Below are positions 1 to 11,023 of a stretch of 64,000 nucleotides of DNA, one piece after another; position 1 is the first letter of the stretch, and each line of letters starts with the position of its first letter. Both the position numbers and the translations under genes were made by a program. This DNA comes from Octopus sinensis (lineage: Eukaryota), in NCBI RefSeq assembly GCF_006345805.1, contig NC_043017.1, forward strand, positions 8,246,001-8,310,000, written 5' to 3'. Under the pieces are notes generated by a model. That model made no database searches, was not told the origin of the DNA, and saw only the letters and a program-made list of their open reading frames with translations.

Positions 1-217
1 GTGCTTTTTCCGTGCCAACAACACTAGTAAGATTGCCATGCAGTTCACAAGACTATGAAGCCCAAAGAAAAGGCGGGGTGGGACTTTTATGTTTGAGATG
101 TGATGTCATATATAAAGTTGTTGACTCAAATTTCATGTTTGTTCAATGATCAATGTTTCTATATAAATGCATATAATTATATTATATATAAAATGTGTGC
201 GCGTGTGTATATATATA

Positions 218-660
218 TCATCATCATCATCATTTAACGTCTGCTTTCCATGCTAGAATGGGTTGGACGATTTGACTGAGGTCTGGCAAACCAGATGGCT
301 GCACCAGGCTCCAGTCTGATCTGGCAGAGTTTCTACAGCTGGATGCCCTTCCTAACGCCAACCACTCTGAGAGTGTAGTGTATGCTTTTACGTGCCACCT
401 GCACGAGGGCCAGTCTGGCGGTACTGGCAATGGTCATGCTCGAAATGGTGTTTTTTACGTGTCACCTGCACAGGAGTCAGTCCAGCGGCACTGGCAACGA
501 CCCCGCTCAAATGTTTTGTTCACGTGCCACCGGCACAAGTGCCAGTAAGGCAACGCTGGTAACGATCACGCTGAAATGGTGCTTTTTACGAGCAACCGGC
601 ACGGAAGCCAGACAGCTGCTCTGGCAGGAATCCCGCTCGGATGGAGCTGTTAGCGATTCA
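218..660 (-). mobile_element. RTE LINE 3' UTR copy; other copies at 2640-2925 (+), 13210-13455 (-), 23340-23630 (-), 16310-16500 (-) and 36330-36560 (-)
   Basis: (CAT)n + tttaacgtc...ctggatgcccttcctaacgccaacc + gtgccaccggcac units. Confidence 0.85.
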
Positions 661-774
661 CTGGCACAGGTAGACACACATATGCATATATTCACAGACA
701 CACACACACACATTATGACTCTTGCTTATTAATGAGCTGGCAAAGATTACTTTTCAGCCTCGATGCAAACTCAC

Positions 775-937
775 AGTTTTTACTACAGCTATCACACAAT
801 GTCTCCTTTCATTTAAATGCAATGCAGAATCATGCCCACCCACCAACAAAAAGACAGTCTTTCTTGCATGACCTGTTAAGTGACAAAAGCAGAGATATTT
901 CTTTGTCACTGTAAATTCCATTTGGGGAGTTGAATAC
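775..937 (-). CDS. Divergent unidentified gene, candidate downstream exon (YSTPQMEF...VFLLVGGHDSALHL...VVKT in the phase-2 reading)
   Basis: gttcgcag| acceptor, ACT|gtgagt donor, 163 nt of non-repetitive sequence, open in phase 2. Confidence 0.4.
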
Positions 938-3669
938 CTGCGAACAACTATGCTATAAATTATAAATTGCAACAGAAAGAAAATAAAGACGAGGCAAAAA
1001 TAATACAACCCACATGTCTCTGTCCCTGTGGTTTGAAGGGTTTGGTTGCTCAATTGAATGCCCTTCATTCAGCTGTGCTGGAAGAAGAGGAGGAAGAAGG
1101 AGGAGGAGGAGGAAAAGAAGAAGAACAACAAGGGGTGGGGAGGAGGGCAAGGGGTAGAGAGGATGCAGAGGAAGAGAACTCATGGTTCTAGGTTCAGTCC
1201 CACTGCAAGGTACCTTGAGCAAGTGTCTTCTACTGTAGCCTCAGGTTGACCAAATCCTGGTGAATGGATTTGGTAGATGGAAACTGAAAAATGACACTTG
1301 TGTGTATGTGTGTGTGTGTATGTGTGTTAGTGTTTATCTCTTACAACCATCTGACAACTGGTATTGGTTTGTTTATATTCCCATTTTTGGTAAAAAAAAC
1401 AACAGACTAATAGAAAATGTACTGGGTTTAATTTGTTCAACTAAAACCTTCAAGGTTGTGCCTTAGCATTGCCACAGTTCAATGACTGAAACAAGTAAAG
1501 CATAAAAGACACACGCATGATGAAGATGTTGAAGATGATGATGATGGTGATCATCATCATCATCATTTAACGTCCACTTTATATATATATGTATGTATGT
1601 CAGTCCACAATCATCTTGATAGCTTCTTGCTCTCTTCTCCTCCATATGTCCAGTCAGTTTGGTCTTGGACAATTGATTCTTGGAGTATGTCTAAAATACG
1701 AGTCCTAAATAGACAAAATTCTTTTGAATGTGGCTTTGCTTGATAAAGATTGACCAAGGGCTAAACGGCAACAACAATAACAACAACAAATCTAATAATC
1801 ATTATGTGATACAATGTCAGTTACTTAAAGAAAGCAATCCCTTTTTTCTCTTCTATTTCTTAACATAAACATGAATATATTTTTTATTTCCTTTTTTTGC
1901 AATTTAGGCCAACATTTTTCAGTTTTTTGTGGTAACGACTGAAAGGAGCAGCCTTAAACAATAGGTTTTTTTTCTCTATATTACTTCCCCAATGAGCAAT
2001 TTTGGGGCTGGCATTATTTCTGTTTTTACTACTTCATACGTGCCAGTGTGTGTGTGTATACAGTATATTTATACGTGAATATATATATATATTCATATGT
2101 GTATGTATATATGTATACATATGTGTATATATGTGTGTATTTATATATGTATATTTATATGTGTGTGTATATATACACACACACACACACACATATATAT
2201 ATATGCATACATACAGGTATGTATATGTGTATGTGTGTGGTGTGTGTGCGCCTTTTAAAGAAAATTAACATCCATCTGTCAAACCAATTTTTTGCAACTC
2301 GTTAATTCAATGTAAACAATTCAAGCAATGGAGGGATCTCACTGAACTTATGTGGAATATCTTCAGAAATTTCTTTTCAGCTTAAGTCTTAAATGTGGGT
2401 GCCATATGTTTTTAGTTCCTTCTTCTTCTGAGACAATACCATAACAAATCAGCATGGGAACAACAATGTAACTTATTCAACGAAAGGAAAAGAGCAGCTT
2501 AAATCTATTCTTAACCCTTTAACACTCAGATAAATCTGTCAAAGGCAATGCATTATCTCATAGATTTCGATGATGTGTTTGTTTGATCATAGAGTGACAT
2601 TGTAAGGTAGGTGTAAGAGGTCAGATAGGGTTTGTTTCGATTGTGGCCATTGCCAGCCCCGTCTGGCCCTGTGCTGGTGGCACATAAAAAGCACCATCCG
2701 ATCATGGCCGTTTGCCTGCCTCGTCTGGCACCTGTGCAGCTGGCATGTAAAAAGCACCCACTACACTCACGGAGTGGTTGGCATTAGGAAGGGCATCCAG
2801 CTGTAGAAACACTGCCAGATCAGACTGGGCCTGGCGCAGCCTTCTGGCTTCCCAGACCCCAGCTGAACCGTCCAACCCATGCTAGCATGGAAAGCGGACG
2901 CTAAACGATGATGATGATGATGATAAAACAAGTAGAATATTTCGGCTACATATGCCCAGTTTAAATACATATCCTTAAATCTTTTGTGAAATGTATACCC
3001 CTAAATCTCCCATCAAAGCCCACTTTGTAACCTTGGGTTCAGTTCCACAGTGCGACACCTTGGGCTAGTGTTTTCTACTAAAGCTTTGGGCTAACCAATG
3101 CTTTTGTAAGCAAATTTCATAAACAGAAATTGTTTAAATCTATATTAAAACACATATCCCTAAATCCCTTATTAAACATCATCATCATTCATCATTGTTC
3201 GACCGTGGTCGAGACAATGGAATTTACCATGCTACGCCAGACTTCACGGTCCATCATGGCATTACGGAGGTCCTGTTGCTGGATGCCTGTATCCCTGGAG
3301 ATTACATCAGGGTAAACCTTGACTCATATCCTTGACTCTTCCCTTAACCCTTTAGCATTCAGCTCATTCTGTCACAAATATAATGTTTGTCTATTCACAT
3401 TGTTTTCAACTAATCATGCATTATCTTGTAGCTTTGAGATTTTGGTGTTGAGATTATTTATTTTTAGAATGACATTGTAGAGTAGGTGTGAGAGGCCAGA
3501 TCTAACCAGCTTGAACATAAAACAGGTAGAATATTTGGGTCAGATACGATTGGTCAGGGTTAAGCAATGAAATGTATTGCCCTGTAGTACCTACTTACAA
3601 CTAAATGAATTCAGAAGCTTTGAATTAATCATGCATTATCTTGTAGCTTTGGGATTTTGATGATATACT

Positions 3670-4070
3670 CTTTTTTACTCTTTTACTTGTTTCAGTCATT
3701 TGACTGCGGCCATGCTGGAGCATCGCCTTTAGTCGAGCAAATCGACCCCGGGACTTATTCTTTGTAAGCCCAGTACTTATTCTATTGGTCTCTTTTGCCG
3801 AACTGCTAAGTGACGGGGACATAAACACACCAGCATCGGTTGTCAAGCAATGCTAGGGGGACAAACACAGACACACAAACATATACACACACATACATAT
3901 ATACATATATACGACAGGCTTCTTTCAGTTTCCGTCTACCAAATCCACTCATAAGGCATTGGTCGGCCCGGGGCTATAGCAGAAGACACTTGCCCAAGAT
4001 TCCACGCAGTGGGACTGAACCCGGAACCATGTTGTAGGTAAGCAAGCTACTTACCACACAGCCACTCCTG
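3670..4070 (-). mobile_element. Octopus tRNA-derived SINE (OK-like), full length
   Basis: GGAGTGGCTGTGTGGTAAG head with A/B boxes, central (TA)/(TG) tract, ...GAAACAAGTAAAAGAGT tail; family name from memory. Confidence 0.85.
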
Positions 4071-4157
4071 ACCACAGATTTTGCTGTGTAGTAAACTCGT
4101 TAGCATTGTTTGGAAATTTTAAGGTCAATGTAAATAAACACTGTCAAGTTTTATTAC

Positions 4158-4209
4158 CAAATATTGGAGGAATTCAGAGAAATTAGCTGTCAATATTCTC
4201 AAGTGATAT
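4158..4209 (-). CDS. Divergent unidentified gene, candidate exon 3 (YHLRILTANFSEFLQYL)
   Basis: tctttttttag| acceptor, TTG|gtaata donor, phase 2 in, open. Confidence 0.35.
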
Positions 4210-4751
4210 CTAAAAAAAGATTCAACATACATTCCAGATAAAAAAAAAACTTTTGTTTAATATTTGCCTGGATAGTCAAATTCTACTCTGAAATATAAAT
4301 CAATGTTCAAGACTAACAGCTTAGATATTTTATAATCTGTCACTGACTACAAGAAACCCCACAGAACTTGCAAATATCGAGGGAAATAACTCTTGTAAGA
4401 CAAAAAGCGGAGTCATCTCCCTTGTGATACGTTTAGATAAAATTTATTTAATAACGTGTCTGAAACCGCCTCTGATTCTACAATACAGACTTTCAGTTTT
4501 AAAACGAACTAAACAGAAAACCTTCTGTCAAAAATTTCATGTTAATTTGTGTGACAAATTAATTAAGAATGATAAGTTATTTTATTAAATTTATTATTTT
4601 AAAATTTAATTAAATCCAAAAATATAATTTCAACGGAAATATAGTAACAAAATGCAGAGACTAATTTACAATGTTACCCCCGCCAATAACAATCGTAAAG
4701 AAATACAAGAATCTATCGGAAAAACTGTAGAATTAAAAGGAAAATACTCAC

Positions 4752-4796
4752 TGATGTAAACCATTTCTCCGACTGTCTAGTGACACAATGTCGTAA
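4752..4796 (-). CDS. Divergent unidentified gene, candidate exon 2 (YDIVSLDSRRNGLH)
   Basis: ttttgtag| acceptor, CA|gtgagt donor, 45 nt, phase 2 to 2, open after exon 1. Confidence 0.45.
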
Positions 4797-5046
4797 CTAC
4801 AAAATTTGGCTTTTCATAACTTACTAACTGAAAGCCTATTCATAACACTCAAGGTTAAATGTCTTATTTTATTACCCCCGCTACCTTTTCCCCACCCGTT
4901 CTATCCCGTCAGTCTATCGACTGGCCCGCCCTTCTCTTTCTTTCTCTCTCTCTCTCTCTCTATGTCTATCTTCCTCTCTCACTCCCCTCTCTGTTTCTCT
5001 CTCTCACCTCCCTCTCTCCTGCCCCTTCTCATTCTTCATCTCTCTC

Positions 5047-5084
<38 letters not shown>

Positions 5085-6342
5085 CGTGTGTGTATCTGTC
5101 TGCCTGTCTCTGTCTGCCTACCCTCTCTCTCACCTCCCTGTCCCTCCTAAATCCCTGCAGTATTCAAAGCCAAATGAATTCCTTTGCTCCAGCAACCACC
5201 ATACTTTGAAATTACCCCTCACCCGACCAATGGCTACGAACGGGACAGACACAGTGGTGGGGCAAAGTAATCTAATGTAGTGAGACATAAACCAAGAAAA
5301 AAAAAAAGACTAGTATTAATTATAAAAACTGTAGTTCTCTCTACTTCTCCTTCCCCACCTCCTGGACCCTGCTTTCTATCTATTCCTTACCCACCAAAGC
5401 TTCTTTCTTTCCATTTCTTACGCTTGTTTAATTAAAGTAAATTCTGCTTACATTTCACTGAATAATATGCCTTACAAATACATCATCACCGTTATTCCCA
5501 GTATCCTGTTTACATTATGGAGTCGACTGTCCATTTTAAATCACAATTCCTTACACAGCATTTAACTCGTACATGTCTGTCTGTGTGGAGGCGCAATGGC
5601 CCAGTGGTTAAGGCAGCGGACACGCGGTCGGAGGATCGCAGTTTCGATTCCCAGACCGGACGTTGTGTGTGTTTATTGAGTGAAAACACCTAAAAGTTCC
5701 ATGAGACTCCAGCAGGGGGTGGTGGCGACCCTTGTTGTACTCTCACTCTCTCTCCCTGTTTCTTGAGTAACGCTGTGATAGACTGGCGTCCCGTCCAGTT
5801 GAGGGAACACATACACCACAGAAACCGGGCCCATGAGCCTAGCTAGGCTTCAAAAGGGTGACGTTTATCGTTTTTATGTCTGTATGTGTTTTTATGTTTG
5901 TGCTTCTAAATCTCTCTCCCCCACTCACTGCTTGACAACCAGTGTTGGTTTGTTTTCATTTGCGTAACTTAGTGGTTCACCAAAAGAGGTTGATAAGAGA
6001 ACGTCAGATTTTAAAAAAACAGTAAGTACAGGGGTCAATCTGTTCATCTAAACCGTTTGAGGCGGTGGCCCAACATGGCTACAGTCCAATGACTGAAGCA
6101 AGCATAAGATAAAACCCTTAGTGGGTTGCACCCATAACCCCTAACTTACTTTGTGTTATATATATATATCATCATCATCATCATCATCATCATTTAGCGT
6201 CCGTTTTCCATGCTAGCATGGGTTGGACGGTTCAACTGGGGTCTGGGGAGCCCGAAGGCTGCACCAGATATATATATATACATAACACACACACATATTC
6301 ATGCCAGAGTAATATATATATATATATATATGTATTTATATA

Positions 6343-6581
6343 TAACAGGAAGCTTTATGAAAATAAACAAAAGACGAAGGCAGGTGGAGTACAAACAAAC
6401 AATTGTATTAGTATGGCGCTCAGGAATATATTCCAGGCTAAGGTGGGAAAAGGTGGGAAAAAGAGCTCTCAAATACTGAATGTAGAGTAATATGCTTTGT
6501 TAATAAAGTTGCAAAGACATCACAAAAACTGTTATTCAGAGTTTCATGTTCCCATTCGTCAGACAGCTTTTGTTGAGTAAA

Positions 6582-6582
<1 letters not shown>
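6343..6582 (-). mobile_element. (TA)n-flanked hammerhead-bearing Penelope-like non-autonomous element
   Basis: Bounded by (TA)n on both sides; hammerhead near its 5' end; 84-nt 3' module about 95% identical to 47237-47320. Confidence 0.6.
6528..6567 (-). ncRNA. Minimal type I hammerhead ribozyme motif (canonical core, one stem III mismatch)
   Basis: GCUGU-CUGACGA-AUG(GGAA)CAU-GAAA-CUCUGAAU-A-ACAGU. Confidence 0.6.
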
Positions 6583-6631
<49 letters not shown>

Positions 6632-6883
6632 AATACAAGTTGCTTGGTGACCCTGCCAGTGCTGGTGCTATGTAAAAAGCATCCAGTCCACACTGTAAAA
6701 CAGTTGTCATTTGAAAGGACATCCAGTTGTAAAAACCCTGCCAAAACAGGCACAGTAGCCTGGGGTAGTCATCTACCTGGCTAGCTCCTGTCATCCATCC
6801 TTCCCCTGCATGCATGGAAGATGAACGTTAAACAATGATGATCATATATATATATATAATATATATATATATATTATATATAT

Positions 6884-6926
<43 letters not shown>

Positions 6927-6942
6927 TATATATATAGGATAT

Positions 6943-7326
6943 TGGAAGCACTCCATCGGTTACGACGATGAGGGTTCCGGTTGATCCGAATCAACGGAAC
7001 AGCCTGCTCGTGAAATTAACGTGTAAGTGGCTGAGCACTCCACAGACACGTGTACCCTTAACGTAGTTCTCGGGGATATTCAGCGTGACACAGAGAGTGA
7101 CAAGGCCGGCCCTTTGAAATACAGGTACAACAGAAACAGGAAGTAAGAGTGAGAGAAAGTTGTGGTGAAAGAGTACAGCAGGGATCACCACCATCCCCTG
7201 CCGGAGCCTCGTGGAGCTTTAGGTGTTTTCGCTCAATAAACACTCACAACGCCCGGTCTGGGAATCGAAACAGCGATCCTATGACCGCGAGTCCGCAGCC
7301 CTAACCACTGGGCCATTGCGCCTCCA
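6943..7326 (-). mobile_element. Octopus tRNA-derived SINE (OR1-like); relatives at 5586-5870 (+) and ~7760-8070 (+)
   Basis: GGAGGCGCAATGGCCCAGTGGTTAG head, GTTTCGATTCCC B box. Confidence 0.8.
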
Positions 7327-9239
7327 CAATATAGGATAGATAGATAGACAGACAGACACTAGCGTGACAGAAAGGACTGATTGTATCTGTAATAAATTGT
7401 GTTCCAGCCGCAACCATTCTGTCTTAATTTGAAATGAACATTCAAGGACAACATTCTTTGACATGGTCAGATGCATTGAACCATGCGGGAGATATGGAAG
7501 CCAAGAATAGCATCAAGGATACCATGCTAACAACAAGGCACATGGCAGAGTCAGAAATGTGTCGGACATAACTGTTTGGCGAACTTGTTCCAGCTCTCTA
7601 CATGTTGAGTTCAAATCCTACCAAAATCAATTTCAGATTTAATCCTTTTGGGTTGATAGATACCATTTAAATACTGGAGTCTATTCATCTCTCTCTCACA
7701 CACACAAAATGGAAATGGATTGAGAGGGGGCTAGCAACATCTTATAACAAAAAAATGTGAAGGGATATGGCTTAGTGGTTAGGGTATTCGGCTCACGATC
7801 GCATGGTTGTGAGTTCAATTCTCAGCGATGCGTTGTGTCCTTGAGCAAGACATTTTCTTTCATGTTGCTCCAGTCCACTCAGCTGGCAAAAATGAGTAGT
7901 CCCTGTATTTCAAATGGACCAATCTTGTCACATTCTGTGTCATGCTGAATCTCCCTGAGAACTACATTAAGGGTACACGTTTCTGTGGAGTGCTCAACCA
8001 CATGCACGTTAGTTTCACAAGCTGGCTGTACCATTCATCGGATCAACTGGAATCCATTGTAACCAAGAGAGTGACAGTTTTTTTTTATAATAAAAAAAAT
8101 AAAAAACTGGCATAACTACAGAACAGGCATAGTTACAGCAACATCATAGAATAGAAAAACAGGCATAACTTTGTTTCCTCATAACTTTTTGAAAAATGGA
8201 TATTTTCTAATGAAAATGATGTCAATTCTGATTATATGATCATATTGCAATTTAATATGAAAAACAAAACATGGAAAGGGGATATTTCATGCACCGCAAC
8301 TTTATTTCCTTACATAAAGATTACAATTATGATGATGATAATAATAAAATAATAATAATAATAACAACAATAATAACAGCATCAAAATTTTGGCACAAGG
8401 CCAGGAGTTTCAGAAGAGGGGATAAATTGATTACATCAACCCCAGTGCCCATCTTGTACTTATTTTTACTGATCCCGAAAGGATGAAAGGCAAAGTCAAC
8501 CTCAGCAGAACTTGATCTCAGAATGTAAAGACGGAGGAACTGAAAAAAACCCCAAAGAAAACTGATGTGTCACAGGAACCGTCCAAGGATGCTACTGAAA
8601 CTTCCTACTGAAAGCAGATGTGCTTCAAGGGGGCACAGCTTGGGTTGTTATTTCTGACAACAGTAGCATTAATTTTCTTAGGTCATTCAATTTACCTTAA
8701 TTGATCAATAGACCAAACCTATCTATAATGGCCACTGGAAACAGCTGTAAGCCAAATTCACTCTAGTAAAGAATATATGTAATGACCATTATTTTTAATT
8801 TGTCTCTCATATATATGTGTATGTATATATATATATATATATATATTCTTTTATTCTTTTGTTTCACTCGTTTGACTGTGGCCATGATGTAGCAACACCT
8901 TTAGTGGAAGAAATCGATCCCAGGACTTATTTTTTGTAAGCTTGGACTCATTCTATCAGTCTCTTTTGACGAACCGCTAAGTTATGGGGAGAGAGTCATA
9001 AACACACCAGCATTGGTTGTCAAGTGATGGCAGGGGGCCAAACACAGACACACACACATATATATATATACACACACATACGATGATCTCTTTCAATTTC
9101 CATCTATCAATCCACTCACAAGGCTTTCGTTGGCCTAAGGCTATAGTAGAAGACACATGCCCAAGATGTCACGCAGTGGGACTGAACCCAGATCCATGTG
9201 GTTGGGAATATATATATAAATATATATATAAAGAGTATC

Positions 9240-9590
9240 TACACAAGTGTACCCCAGTCAGCTTTGTTTCCTTATAACTTTCAGAAAAATGAATATTTTA
9301 AATGAAATTTTCTTCCTTTCAAATAGTGTAAATTACGATTATATCTGAATTTCATTAAGAAAGCAAATGGTGGTCATGTACACATACATGCTGACACATC
9401 ACATATAATATCTAGAAAATAGAACTTGAAATTTTGAAAACAAATTGTTATATGTGACAGTATGTAAGAATTAAATTCTGATATAATCGTAATCTACGCC
9501 ATCTGAAAGGTATTTGTAGAAAATTTCAATAAAAAATATCCACTTTTCCAAAAGTTATGAGGAAACACAATAGAAAGGGGTACAATTGTA
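9240..9590. mobile_element. Degenerate DNA-transposon MITE
   Basis: caagtgtacccc / ggggtacaattg and ataactttcagaaaa / ttttccaaaagttat inverted ends. Confidence 0.5.
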
Positions 9591-9844
9591 TAAGAATGCC
9601 TATACATCTGTGTCTTTGTTTGGCCCCCGACAACTACTTGACAAACGGTGCTGGATTGTTTATGTCCCCAGAGAAGAATTGTCAGAATTAAAAATACTAA
9701 GTATTGAGTTTGATTCGTTCGACAAAAACCCTCAGAAAGCCGTGGCATCCCTGCCGGGCCGCAGTCCAATGATTGATGCAAGATAAAATATAAATGACAA
9801 TTGACTCACCTGAGGGCGCTGTTAATATACAATACAAGGATTAC

Positions 9845-9876
9845 CTCCCTTGATCATCTATTCTTACACGGAACAT
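9845..9876 (-). CDS. Divergent unidentified gene, candidate exon 1 (MFRVRIDDQG + AG)
   Basis: ATG preceded by an in-frame TAA; GAG|gtaatc donor; an alternative consensus donor CAG|gtgagt lies at 9810/9809. Confidence 0.4.
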
Positions 9877-10105
9877 ATTTAGTTAAAGTGCTATTTGGGT
9901 GTTTAATAACACTTTTGTTTACGTATTAAATCATTAAAAGAAAAACAAAATTCCATTCCAATCCACTTCAAATACCTTTTCACTCAATTTTGACTGTATT
10001 CCAGTCATTTTTATCGCTCAATCATTTGGATAAATCTGATAATTACGATGCTTCATTTAATGTGATCCGTTTGGGCTTCCGTATTTTTAGTTGCTGCAAG
10101 AAGAC
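9877..10105. promoter_or_regulatory. Putative bidirectional promoter / 5' UTR region
   Basis: Short non-repetitive interval between a + strand first exon (donor 10168) and - strand donors at 9844 and 9809; YY1-like GACATGGCG just downstream at 10103-10111. Confidence 0.5.
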
Positions 10106-10129
10106 ATGGCGACATCACCTCTTTGTTGA
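10106..10129 (+). other. 7-codon uORF (MATSPLC*) in frame with the KANSL3 ATG
   Basis: gacATGG context; TGA at 10127-10129; 45 nt upstream of ATG 10151. Confidence 0.6.
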
Positions 10130-10150
10130 AGCCTTTATTTTTTTGGCATT

Positions 10151-10167
10151 ATGTCTTTATTAAGCAG
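10151..10167 (+). CDS. KANSL3: KANSL3 coding exon 1 (MSLLS + AG, phase 2)
   Basis: ATGTCTTTATTAAGCAG|gtatgt; AG joins the first A of exon 2 to give Arg in frame; in-frame TGA 21 nt upstream. Confidence 0.75.
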
Positions 10168-10814
10168 GTATGTTCTGTTTTCCCTCCATACCGTGAACAT
10201 TATATCAACTACAGATATTCTATACCACATATATAAATCACATATATACACACAGACATCCCAAAAGTAAAATAAACACCCCGCATTAACCCGTTTTATT
10301 TGTGCGGATAACAACTTTGTGCTTTGAAAAGTTGTGTTTATGCGCAAGGTATGTCTACCAAACACTAGTCTAAGTATTTCAAGGGATCAAATTACATTAA
10401 TTTGAACCTACAAACAAATCTTTCAAAAATGAGGGTATCTACTTTGGCGATGTCTGTGTATTTGTGTGTCTAAACACGTGAAAATATTAGCTTTGATGTA
10501 TTTATGTATTATTCTCCTGTTGGGGTCCGACTCTGTTGGAGCTATTAATGCCTTTTAAAATACTCCTAATTAGAATTGGTATTTTAATATGTTGTGAAAT
10601 TGTTCTAATGATGTCATATTTCCGTTTTATTCTCAGTCAACAGGAATTTCGTAATTGCCTATCATATCATATATACATTCGTTCTTTTTCCTTTTTCTAC
10701 GTAAACAAAATTTTGAAATTCATCTTACCCACCTAATTTTAGGCTTTGTGTTTTGATAAATGTGTGTATTTATATATATATATATAACAATTTAATAAAT
10801 AAAACATATGCATG

Positions 10815-10845
<31 letters not shown>

Positions 10846-10992
10846 GTACATACCTAATATACATGCATATATATATATATATATATATATGAGTACAGGA
10901 CACTACAAATAAACGTAGAACACAACGAGAAACGAAAACATAAAATCAAACAAGGAAACGGACTTTTTTTAACAACGAAGAAACAGAGTACA

Positions 10993-11023
<31 letters not shown>

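Noticed and set aside
390-600. GGTGCTTTTT-containing repeats resembling a CRISPR array or tracrRNA end
   Set aside because: Eukaryotic DNA; the units belong to the RTE 3' UTR, the spacers are homologous, and there are no cas genes
1610-1704. Coding-looking segment with acceptors on both strands
   Set aside because: No usable - strand donor and several equally plausible frames, so it cannot be placed in a gene model
4752-4764. ATGGTTTACATCA (MVYI), resembling the start of selenoprotein K
   Set aside because: No downstream - strand exon in the window continues a SELENOK-like sequence; the available phase-1 joins hit stops within a few codons
5161-5266. + strand exon-like segment containing MATNGTDTV
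   Set aside because: The pyrimidine tract is a (CT)n microsatellite; no partner exons or homology
5586-5660. tRNA-like A/B-box sequences at SINE heads
   Set aside because: They continue into SINE bodies and lack a complete cloverleaf, so they are not tRNA genes
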